From Candidatus Saccharimonadales bacterium (GTDB taxonomy: Bacteria > Patescibacteriota > Saccharimonadia > Saccharimonadales > UBA10212), in NCBI GenBank assembly GCA_035717985.1, contig DASTHW010000014.1:145691-209690 (forward strand): a stretch of DNA of 64,000 nt. Reading direction: 5' to 3'. A program made the position numbers and the translations under genes. The notes beneath the pieces were generated by a model, which searched no databases, was not told the DNA's origin, and worked only from the letters and a program-made list of their open reading frames with translations. Positions 28,499 through 36,329 of this stretch are shown here, piece after piece. Positions within the stretch are counted from its first letter, which is position 1. Each line of letters opens with the position of its first letter.

Positions 28499-29722
28499 AT
28501 GCAGGAAGAATTAAATCAGGGTGAGCAAGTTCAGCCAGGCGCCGAGCCAGCTAAAAGTCAACCTAGTGCCGGCGGGCCGGAGCCTAAGTTAAGCGCTTTT
28601 TCGGGCCTATCCGGCAATGAAATGTTCTGCGTAGATTTAATAGGCTATAAACCCGGCAATCTGCTGGTGGGTAACAGCATATTTTCAATGGGCGTGCTGG
28701 GCGGCCTAAAAAGCCTAGGCAGGGGTTTTATTGGCGGCGAAGTAAAATCCTTCACCGAGATGATAGCTGAGGGCCGGCGCCTGTCTTTTGAGCGTCTAGC
28801 CGGCGAAATGGAGTCAAATAATGCTCACGGCGTCAGCGGTGTGGGTAGTGAGCTGGTCTTTCACGGCACCAACGCCGAATTTTTATCAATCGGCTCGGCA
28901 CTGCACGCCAAAAACCAGGCCTCCGGCCAGGCATTTACCTCTTCATCTGACGGCCAGGAGCTATTTTGTCAGGTAGACGTCGGCTATGAGCCGAAGTCTT
29001 TTGTTTTTGGCAATGTGGCTTACTCTATTGGTGTTAGCCGGGGCATAACCGGTGCCTTTAAAAAGCTGGTTAAAGGCGAGGTCCGCCAGTACACCGAGAT
29101 TTTTACCAGCACCAGGAATCTAGCCCTGCAGAGGATAACCGACGAAGCCAAAGCGGCCGGTGCCAACGCCGTAGTCGGCATTAGAACCAGCATTTTGCCT
29201 TACGGTACCACTGGCGTGCAGGAAATGGTAATGATAGGTACCGCCTCGACTCACGCCCTGGCAGATCATGCCCGCCCCGGCGGCGTAATTACCAGCGACT
29301 TAACAGCTGAAGAAATGTGGAACGTAGCCAAAATGGGCTACATGCCTCAACAGCTGGTGATTGGTACATCGGTTTACTCGGTTGGGTTTGTGGGCGGCTT
29401 TAAGTCCTTCCTGCGCGGGTTTGTGAAGGGAGAGATTACCGAAATGACTCAGCTGATTTACGGTGCCCGCGAAGAATCACTAAAGAAGGTCCAAGCCCAG
29501 GCCGACGAGCTGGGGGCCGACGACGTGCTGGGTCTGCGCACCTATATTTATAGTCTTGGCGGCGGGCTGATTGAATTTTTGGTGATTGGCACGGCTGTTA
29601 AAAAAGTTGAAGGTATTAAAACTCGGTCTGAGCAGTTACCGCCGCAGGCTATCATCCGCGACAAAGATACCTTTGTAAACCGGGTGGTCTACGGCGTAGA
29701 TTTAAACATGCAGGGCGCCTAA
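28499..29722 (+). CDS. protein made of three tandem YbjQ/UPF0145 (DUF74)-like repeats
   Basis: Three ~105-aa repeats each read (F/M)xxxxxGYxP...G.S.(F/Y)S.G...G...(F/L)..GE(V/I)...T......R......(L/I)...A...GA(N/D)(A/D)V(V/L)G(I/L)R. ATG 28499 follows an AAGGTGG SD; GTG 28490 is an alternative start. Confidence 0.8.
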   Translation: MQEELNQGEQVQPGAEPAKSQPSAGGPEPKLSAFSGLSGNEMFCVDLIGYKPGNLLVGNSIFSMGVLGGLKSLGRGFIGGEVKSFTEMIAEGRRLSFERLAGEMESNNAHGVSGVGSELVFHGTNAEFLSIGSALHAKNQASGQAFTSSSDGQELFCQVDVGYEPKSFVFGNVAYSIGVSRGITGAFKKLVKGEVRQYTEIFTSTRNLALQRITDEAKAAGANAVVGIRTSILPYGTTGVQEMVMIGTASTHALADHARPGGVITSDLTAEEMWNVAKMGYMPQQLVIGTSVYSVGFVGGFKSFLRGFVKGEITEMTQLIYGAREESLKKVQAQADELGADDVLGLRTYIYSLGGGLIEFLVIGTAVKKVEGIKTRSEQLPPQAIIRDKDTFVNRVVYGVDLNMQGA

Positions 29723-29801
29723 AAAACAGCTAAACCGGGAACGAAGCTAACTGTTTAATCGGTTACGGAATTATCCGGCTATTTGTCGGTTAATACTTTC
29801 T

Positions 29802-30347
29802 ATGGACAATCCGAAATTCGAGAGACAGAGCGATATTTACCGAGGTTGGGAAATCACTTCCATGGGCATTCCTTATAAATTAATTTTGGCCATAAGAGCT
29901 TTTCAGAAACAAATTGGCGGCTACACCTCGGCCGCCGAGCTGGGGGCAAAATTAGCCTCCTTGGAAAATTTGCGGGATGCTGACGAAGAGGTGATAAGGC
30001 GCCTGGCCCGGCTAGCCCTAAACGGATTTGACGCCGTGCCGATAGATATGTCGACTGTCGATGTACCCGGCCCGGACTACACATCCGAGATAGCCCTGGA
30101 AAAGATGAGACTAGAAGAAGAGTCTAAACAGCTGGAAGAGTTCTTATTACAGTTAACACCCGGGCAAAGGACCGTAATCCTAGAGCGTTATGGCGCCAGC
30201 GGTAAAGAAAAAGGCCAGCCTCAGTTGGCCCGTGAGCTGGGAATTTCTACAACCAGAGTGTCGCAGTTGGAGCGCAAAGCCCTAAGTTTGCTAAGAAACA
30301 AATACCGGCGGGCCGGCTATACCAGCCGTGAACGCGAAGGGCAGTAA
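29802..30347 (+). CDS. sigma-70 region-4-like HTH protein lacking region 2
   Basis: 181 aa. The C-terminal LTPGQRTVILERYG...LARELGISTTRVSQLERKALSLLR matches sigma region 4.1/4.2. The N-terminal 110 aa are not sigma-like. Confidence 0.65.
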   Translation: MDNPKFERQSDIYRGWEITSMGIPYKLILAIRAFQKQIGGYTSAAELGAKLASLENLRDADEEVIRRLARLALNGFDAVPIDMSTVDVPGPDYTSEIALEKMRLEEESKQLEEFLLQLTPGQRTVILERYGASGKEKGQPQLARELGISTTRVSQLERKALSLLRNKYRRAGYTSREREGQ

Positions 30348-30349
30348 AG

Positions 30350-30967
30350 CTAGGCTTTGTCTTTGACGCCGCGTTGGTCGATTCTAAAAACGTGCGGCGC
30401 ATGCCGGTAATCTTCGCGCAGAAGCAGTAGCTCGCAATTACCAAAATGAAAGTGCTTGAGTACCTCGCGCCAGGGCTCGCCGTGGAAACTGGCAAAGATC
30501 ATCTTGCCAATGTCGCCGTGAGTTACTAAAAGCACTTTACCGTCTGCGTGGGCGGCCCGTACCTTATCCAGCACCTTGGCGGCACGTTTGAGCGTAGCCG
30601 GAAAAGACTCGCCGATATCTAAAAAATAATTTACCTTCTCAGTTTGGATTACATTTTTAGAGACTTTTAAAATGTCGCTTGAGGGGTGGCCGGTTAGATT
30701 GCCCAAATCCCGCTCAATGAGTTCCGGCATGATAATTGGCGTCGGCGAGCCGGTAGCGCTGGCAATAATCTCGGCCGTCTGGCGGGCGCGGATAAGCGGC
30801 GAGACGTAAACATGGTCAAACTTAAGGTGGTTATCCTTGGCTAGCTGGGCTACTTCGGTCGCCTGCTGGCGGCCAATTTCAGTTAGCGGCAGGTCGCGGT
30901 GGCCGTTTAAAATTTGTGCCGCGTTATCTTCATTTTGGCCGTGGCGGGCCAGATATATCTCAAGCAT
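30350..30967 (-). CDS. histidine phosphatase family protein (phosphoglycerate mutase-like)
   Basis: 205 aa with the RHG motif (IYLARHGQNEDN) and a second catalytic His region (LLVTHGD). Confidence 0.85.
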   Translation of the reverse strand: MLEIYLARHGQNEDNAAQILNGHRDLPLTEIGRQQATEVAQLAKDNHLKFDHVYVSPLIRARQTAEIIASATGSPTPIIMPELIERDLGNLTGHPSSDILKVSKNVIQTEKVNYFLDIGESFPATLKRAAKVLDKVRAAHADGKVLLVTHGDIGKMIFASFHGEPWREVLKHFHFGNCELLLLREDYRHAPHVFRIDQRGVKDKA

Positions 30968-31715
30968 GGATTTTCTTTAACTCTTGGTAGCGCAGAGCCG
31001 GCGCCACGGTGTAAAGCGAGCCGACAATAAAGGCCGCCAAGCCGCCAATAAGCGGGATAACGTTGAGCAGGCTAATCAAAAACATCACACCAATCACGCC
31101 CCAAATGTAGCCGGAATAAGGCTTAGAAATGCGGGCGCTTTCTTCCATAGCTTCTTTAATGCCGCATTTTTTATCCAGCAGTACATACGGCGCCAGGTAG
31201 TAGCGCCTGAGCATAATCAATCCCGGGATTATCAGCAAAATCAGACCAACCAGTACGTATAGCGTGATTAAGATGTAAAGGCCGACCATTCGCCAGCCCA
31301 GCTCTTCAGCCGTTTGCCACAGCCGGCCAAAGTGGGGCGATTTGCCCTCAGCGCTATCCAGCTGGGCTTGCTGGAGCAAAATCTGTGTAACCACCGAGAT
31401 AACAATCATGATAATGGCCGTCAGGCTCAGGCTTAAGAAGAGCCCCCAACTGTAATTAGGTAATCCCGTACTGAGCCAGCCGCCGCTATGGTTAGTCAGG
31501 TCATAGCGCCAGCGGCCGCCGCCGTGCAGGGTGGAATGGTTAGTCAGCCAAGTGTTGATAATAAATAACAACTGAATAGCCAGCAGGGGCCCAAAAACCC
31601 ACCGATTATCTAAAACTAACTGCTTACTGTTACTAAAAAGTTCAAATGACGGGGTGATGTGCAGGGGGCTACCGCGCCGAGTTTTACGTTTGGTCATCAA
31701 ACCAAATTTTATCAT
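30960..31715 (-). CDS. polytopic membrane protein, paralog B
   Basis: 251 aa, paralogous to the 27274-27984 product. It overlaps the downstream phosphatase gene by 8 nt. Confidence 0.7.
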   Translation of the reverse strand: MIKFGLMTKRKTRRGSPLHITPSFELFSNSKQLVLDNRWVFGPLLAIQLLFIINTWLTNHSTLHGGGRWRYDLTNHSGGWLSTGLPNYSWGLFLSLSLTAIIMIVISVVTQILLQQAQLDSAEGKSPHFGRLWQTAEELGWRMVGLYILITLYVLVGLILLIIPGLIMLRRYYLAPYVLLDKKCGIKEAMEESARISKPYSGYIWGVIGVMFLISLLNVIPLIGGLAAFIVGSLYTVAPALRYQELKKIHA

Positions 31716-31760
31716 GGCTCTTGGCCGCTGGGCTGGCCGCTGGCATAATAAGCAATAACT

Positions 31761-33005
31761 ATGCCGCTTTCTACTAAAGCCTATAAAGGCGCTCGCGATT
31801 TTTATCCCGAGGATATGCGCGTCCGCAAGTATATGTTCGCTGTTCTGCGGCGGGTGGTAGAGAGTTTTGGTTATCAGGAATACGACGCGCCGTTTTTAGA
31901 GGCTTTTGAACTTTACGCCGCTAAAACCGGCGACGAGATAGTCAATGAACAGTTATACAGTTTTACCGATAAGGGTGGGCGCAAAGTGGCTATCCGGCCG
32001 GAGATGACGCCGAGCGTCAGCCGGATGGTGGCCGGCCGGCGCCAAGAACTGGCTTATCCTCTGCGTTGGTACAGCATTCCCAATTTGTGGCGCTATGAGC
32101 GGCCCCAGCGCGGCCGCCTGCGTGAGCACTATCAGCTAAATGTCGATCTGTTCGGCGAGGCCGGGATCTCAGCCGATTTTGAAATAATTTTAGTGGCCGA
32201 CAAAATTTTAAAGGCTTTTGGCGCCGGGCCTGATATGTATGAAATCAAACTGAACAGCCGCAAAGCGATGGATGGGTCGCTAAAAAGCCTGGAATTATCA
32301 GAGGACCAAGTGTCGAGCCTGGTTAAACTGATTGACAAAAAAAGCAAAATGGAATCTAGCGACTTTACAAGTGCTGTGGCCGAGCAAATTGGCCAGCCAA
32401 AGGCTGAGCAGTTAAGTAGCTATTTAGAGGGCAAAATGCCGCCTGAGCCGGTAGAACGTCTGCTTAACCTGCTGAACAATTCAGGTGTAAATAACGCTGT
32501 TTATGACCCATCGGTGGTGCGCGGCTTTGATTATTACAGCGACATTGTTTTTGAGGTTTATGATAAAAACCCCGACAACAACCGCTCGATGTTTGGCGGC
32601 GGCCGGTATGACGGCCTGGTGGGCCTGTTTGGCGTCGAACCAGTGCCGACCGTCGGCTTTGGCATGGGTGACGTGACCCTGCGGAATTTTCTGGAAGGCC
32701 ACAACCTTTTACCGGAGCTTAAGACCGAGACTGACGTAGCGGTTATTTTAATCGGCGATGTATTTATTAAAGCTCAGCCGGTAATTGAGTCTTTGCGGGC
32801 CGGCGGCCTAAACCTGGCCGTAGACAGCACTGGGCGCAAGCTGGATGTCCAGCTAAAGCACGCCGTCAAAGCCGGCGCGCCGTTTGTAATTTTCATTGGC
32901 GAGCAAGAACTAGCTGAGGGCCAATATAAACTGCGCGATCTAGCTAAAAGCGAAGAAACCAAACTGCCGGCCGATAAAATTCTAGAGGCGATTAAAAGAG
33001 CTTAA
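31761..33005 (+). CDS. hisS: histidyl-tRNA synthetase
   Basis: 414 aa with class II motifs (RPEMTPSVSRMVA, WRYERPQRGRLREHYQLNVDLFG, GGGRYDGL). A TTGGCC-17-CATAAT promoter lies 11 nt before the ATG. Confidence 0.93.
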   Translation: MPLSTKAYKGARDFYPEDMRVRKYMFAVLRRVVESFGYQEYDAPFLEAFELYAAKTGDEIVNEQLYSFTDKGGRKVAIRPEMTPSVSRMVAGRRQELAYPLRWYSIPNLWRYERPQRGRLREHYQLNVDLFGEAGISADFEIILVADKILKAFGAGPDMYEIKLNSRKAMDGSLKSLELSEDQVSSLVKLIDKKSKMESSDFTSAVAEQIGQPKAEQLSSYLEGKMPPEPVERLLNLLNNSGVNNAVYDPSVVRGFDYYSDIVFEVYDKNPDNNRSMFGGGRYDGLVGLFGVEPVPTVGFGMGDVTLRNFLEGHNLLPELKTETDVAVILIGDVFIKAQPVIESLRAGGLNLAVDSTGRKLDVQLKHAVKAGAPFVIFIGEQELAEGQYKLRDLAKSEETKLPADKILEAIKRA

Positions 33006-33045
33006 GCTCGGCAAGGCAATCTAAAACCTGTATACTGCCACACTA

Positions 33046-33360
33046 ATGCCTAGTAGTGAGCTTTCTAGAGTGTTTTGCTATGTCTATGTTTTATACTCTG
33101 AAAAGAGCAATAATTTATATGTCGGTTTCACCCATGATTTGCGGGCTCGATTGGCAAAACACAATAATGGCTTAAATTTTTCTACAAAACCATATCGTCC
33201 CTGGAGCCTTATTTATTATGAGGCGCATACTAAAGAATCTGATGCCAAAAGACGCGAACGATACCTTAAGACAACGGCAGGAGACCGAGCTTTACGAAGA
33301 ATGCTGAGAGAAAAGCTAAATGGAGTTAAAAATTTAAGTCGCCAGAAAGTCTACTACTAG
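33046..33360 (+). CDS. stand-alone GIY-YIG nuclease-domain protein
   Basis: 104 aa with YVYVLYSEKSNNLYVGFTHDLRARLAKHN...YYE....A..RE..LK. GC is visibly lower than in hisS and tig. Confidence 0.85.
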   Translation: MPSSELSRVFCYVYVLYSEKSNNLYVGFTHDLRARLAKHNNGLNFSTKPYRPWSLIYYEAHTKESDAKRRERYLKTTAGDRALRRMLREKLNGVKNLSRQKVYY

Positions 33361-33362
33361 GC

Positions 33363-34640
33363 ATGCAGATTGTTAAGACCGAGAACAGCCCGACAAACAT
33401 TAGCCTAAAAATAACCGGCGATAGTACCGACCTGGCGCCGATTAAACGCCATGTGCTAGACCACTTTAAGGATGTAAAGGTCCCCGGCTTTAGGGCTGGC
33501 AGAGCGCCGCTTGAGCTGATAGAAAAAAGTATCGACCAGCAAAAACTGCTGGATGAATTTATGGAGCACGCCCTTAATGATTTATTCGTCCGGGCGGTAG
33601 AGACTGAAAGCCTGCAGCCCGTCGGCCAGCCGGACGTTAAGCTGAAGAAGTTCGTGCCTTATTCCGAACTGGAATTTGATGTGACCATAGATGTGGTGGG
33701 GCCGGTTAAGCTAGCTAACTATAAGTCGATTAAACTAGCTAAACCCAAAGTCGAAGTTACAGCTAAAGATGTTAATGATGTCTTAGATACTCTGCGCCAG
33801 CGCCTGGCTGAGCGTGCGGAAGTAACCCGGCCGGCTCATGACGGTGACGAGGTGATAATCGACTTTAGCGGTAAAGACTCTGAGGGCAAGCCGGTAGCCG
33901 GCGCCGATGGTAAAGATTACCCGCTGGTACTGGGCTCGAAGACCTTTATTCCTGGTTTTGAAGAGAATCTTACCGGTCTAAAAGCCGGCGACAAAAAAGA
34001 CTTTAAAATTACTTTTCCTAAAGATTACGGCGTGGCCGCCCTGCGGAGCCGTGAGGTTAGCTTTAGTGTCGAAGCAAAAAAGGTGAGCCAGCTGAGCCAG
34101 CCTAAACTAGATGACGCCTTTGCTAAGAAAGCCGGCGCATTTTCTAACCTCGCCGAGCTAAAAGCCGACATTAAAAAGCAGGTTAAAAGCGAAAAGCAGT
34201 ATCAGGCCGACCGCGACTTTGAAAACCGGCTAATCCAAGCCATCAGCGAAAAGTCCAAGCTAGAGGTACCGGAGGCACTGGTTGACAATGAGATTGCCCA
34301 GATGGAGGCCCAAGAAAAGAATAATCTAGCCTACCGCGGCCAAACCTGGCAGGAGCACCTTCAGGCCGAAGGCCTGACTGAGGAGGAGCACCGCCAGCGC
34401 CAGCGCCCGGACGCGTTAGTCCGGGTTAAAGCCGGCCTAATCCTGAGTGAAATCGCCAAAGCCGAGAAGGTAACCGTTGCACCCGAAGAGTTAGATATCC
34501 GCCTGCAGATTTTAAAGGGCCAATATCAAGACCCGGCCATGCAGGCCGAGCTGGCTAAGCCCGAGGCCCGCCGCGACATCGAAGCCCGCTTGCTAACCGA
34601 AAAAACCATCGCCAAACTGACCGAATACGCCAGTAAATAG
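33363..34640 (+). CDS. tig: trigger factor
   Basis: 425 aa with a ribosome-binding N-domain (VPGFRAGRAP), an FKBP-like middle and a C-terminal arm domain. Confidence 0.92.
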   Translation: MQIVKTENSPTNISLKITGDSTDLAPIKRHVLDHFKDVKVPGFRAGRAPLELIEKSIDQQKLLDEFMEHALNDLFVRAVETESLQPVGQPDVKLKKFVPYSELEFDVTIDVVGPVKLANYKSIKLAKPKVEVTAKDVNDVLDTLRQRLAERAEVTRPAHDGDEVIIDFSGKDSEGKPVAGADGKDYPLVLGSKTFIPGFEENLTGLKAGDKKDFKITFPKDYGVAALRSREVSFSVEAKKVSQLSQPKLDDAFAKKAGAFSNLAELKADIKKQVKSEKQYQADRDFENRLIQAISEKSKLEVPEALVDNEIAQMEAQEKNNLAYRGQTWQEHLQAEGLTEEEHRQRQRPDALVRVKAGLILSEIAKAEKVTVAPEELDIRLQILKGQYQDPAMQAELAKPEARRDIEARLLTEKTIAKLTEYASK

Positions 34641-34695
34641 CCCACGCGTTAAATTGCTAACAGCGTGATATTACGACTGGCATCATTATTAATCG

Positions 34696-35085
34696 ATGGC
34701 AAGGGGTAATAATTCAAAGCCGGCCGAGGGTCCGGCTGACAAGGATTTTGAAGCTAACTTTAAAGCTGAACACGATAGAGACCGGTTCCGTGAAGACAAG
34801 CAGGCTTTTAGAGACTATGTAGCCGGTGTGGTGGCTAAATATGCGGCCGGCCAATCTGTTTGGATGGTGAGGCTAGCCGGCGAGCCGACCTCCTATACGC
34901 TGTTTTCTAGATATCGTACAGTGGGGCGCCTGGAGACAACAGACGGCTCAGTAAGCGATCTATATATTGGTGCCCGGCAGGACGGACAGACGCCGGTCGG
35001 CAGAGTGCCGCTGGGCGTGGGCGTGAGGGCGCTCAGCGCCTTTGCCGAGGTAGAACAGATAGCAGAATCTATGGAAACTGAGTAG
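34696..35085 (+). CDS. hypothetical protein (129 aa)
   Basis: ORF without a competing frame. No recognisable domain. Confidence 0.5.
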   Translation: MARGNNSKPAEGPADKDFEANFKAEHDRDRFREDKQAFRDYVAGVVAKYAAGQSVWMVRLAGEPTSYTLFSRYRTVGRLETTDGSVSDLYIGARQDGQTPVGRVPLGVGVRALSAFAEVEQIAESMETE

Positions 35086-35161
35086 ACTCGGTAAACAATT
35101 TTACGGCGCGCGAGGGGTGTTTGGTCTACTCTAAAACTACATATCTAAGCGAAAGGATAAG

Positions 35162-35311
35162 ATGAGTGAGAGCCGGCCAATCATATTATTTGGGGTGGTT
35201 ATCTTCATCGTTTTGGCAATAATAATCGGAATTGCCGCTAGCCAGCCCAGCAGTAATAACCTAACGGCTGTAGACAAATCTGGCACCCATTCCCCGCATG
35301 ACGGCAAGTAA
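35162..35311 (+). CDS. candidate 49-aa single-TM small protein (below ORF-track cutoff)
   Basis: My own translation is MSESRPIILFGVVIFIVLAIIIGIAASQPSSNNLTAVDKSGTHSPHDGK. An AAAGGA SD lies 5 nt upstream. It explains the region better than the antisense 80-aa ORF. Confidence 0.45.
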   Translation: MSESRPIILFGVVIFIVLAIIIGIAASQPSSNNLTAVDKSGTHSPHDGK

Positions 35312-35333
35312 GCAGGACGGCTACCGGACCGGA

Positions 35334-35360
35334 TTAGCACTCTTGACTTGAGAGTGCTAA
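35334..35360. promoter_or_regulatory. CIRCE inverted repeat embedded in the clpP promoter
   Basis: TTAGCACTC-TTGACTTGA-GAGTGCTAA. The spacer TTGACT (35343-35348), 17 nt and TACAAT (35366-35371) form a promoter. The ATG at 35380 lies 8 nt after the -10 box. Confidence 0.85.
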
Positions 35361-35379
35361 TTTCATACAATAAATACAT

Positions 35380-36018
35380 ATGGATAGTACCGTTAAACCC
35401 ACTTCGCAGATTTTAGTTCCCACCGTCATTGAGCAAGAGGGCCGCATGGAGCGCGCCTACGATATCTATAGCCGTCTTTTAAAAGACCGGGTTATCTTCC
35501 TGGGCGATGACGTTAATGAGCACACCGCCAATCTAGTGGTTGCCCAAATGCTGTTTTTGGAAAACCAAGATGCCAACAAAGACATTATCCTTTATATCAA
35601 CAGCCCCGGCGGTAGCGTTTATGACGCCATGGCTATTTATGACACCATGCAGTTTGTGAAAAGTGATATCCAGACCGTGGGTATTGGCGTGCAGGCCAGT
35701 GCCGCCGCTTTTCTACTGAGCTCCGGCACTAAAGGTAAAAGGCTGTTACTGCCGCATGCCACCGTAATGATCCATCAGCCCAGCTCCGGCACCCGTGGTA
35801 AAGTAACCGATCAGGAAATCGATCTGCGCGAAGCCCTGCGCGTTAAGAAAATGCTGGAAGAAATTATGGCGCGTAACACCGGTCAGAAGCTGGAAAAAAT
35901 CCATCACGACATGGAGCGTGATTTTTGGATGACTGCGGAAGAAGCTAAGAAGTACGGCTTGGTTGATAAAATTGTCGACAGCCGCAAACTAGCCGACTCC
36001 ATCCCCAAAAAAGCCTAA
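35380..36018 (+). CDS. clpP: ATP-dependent Clp protease proteolytic subunit
   Basis: 212 aa with [30 protein letters not shown]. The catalytic Ser (GVQASAAAF), His (MIHQP) and Asp (ERDFWM) contexts are present. Confidence 0.95.
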   Translation: MDSTVKPTSQILVPTVIEQEGRMERAYDIYSRLLKDRVIFLGDDVNEHTANLVVAQMLFLENQDANKDIILYINSPGGSVYDAMAIYDTMQFVKSDIQTVGIGVQASAAAFLLSSGTKGKRLLLPHATVMIHQPSSGTRGKVTDQEIDLREALRVKKMLEEIMARNTGQKLEKIHHDMERDFWMTAEEAKKYGLVDKIVDSRKLADSIPKKA

Positions 36019-36161
36019 TTTATTGGTGATTATTCTACAACACATTTTTTCGCCCAAAGGGTTGAAGGCTTGGCGAAAACTCTTTAGACTTAAATTCAAG
36101 AAGTAGTGTACTTTGGCTCTGCTGTGGTCTCATGACGCCGGACAGCCGAACGTAGTGGGCT

Positions 36162-36260
36162 TCCCCAGCACTTCCCGATAGGGATTTAAGGCGCTGGAAA
36201 GTAAAGGCACAAATTGCCAGCAATTAGGTATATGGTCAGCTATATAGCTGAGTGCTGGGG
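36162..36260 (+). other. candidate structured RNA / leader element upstream of rpoB
   Basis: CCCCAGCACT (36162-36171) and AGTGCTGGGG (36251-36260) can close a 99-nt domain. Inner hairpins include the palindrome CAGCTATATAGCTG at 36237-36250. Confidence 0.3.
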
Positions 36261-36329
36261 AAAAATCAAATTGCTAGATAAAAATTTATAAATTTTAACC
36301 TATAGTTCGAAGGGAGCGGAGAGTTACGC

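Noticed and set aside
35137-35379. 80-aa minus-strand ORF upstream of clpP
   Set aside because: Its start would lie on the CIRCE/promoter of clpP. The region is better explained by the plus-strand 49-aa ORF with an SD.
36035-36223. 62-aa minus-strand ORF in the clpP-rpoB spacer
   Set aside because: It has no start context or SD and an odd composition. The region looks non-coding and structured.
36019-36329. SRP RNA, tmRNA, RNase P or tRNA in the long spacers (also 57491-57787, 9461-9730 and 27985-28210)
   Set aside because: By eye there are no matches to the conserved cores (GGTTCGA-type T-loops, SRP GGAA-tetraloop helix 8, the RNase P GAGGAAAGTCC box, the tmRNA 5' end). A covariance-model scan would be needed to be sure.
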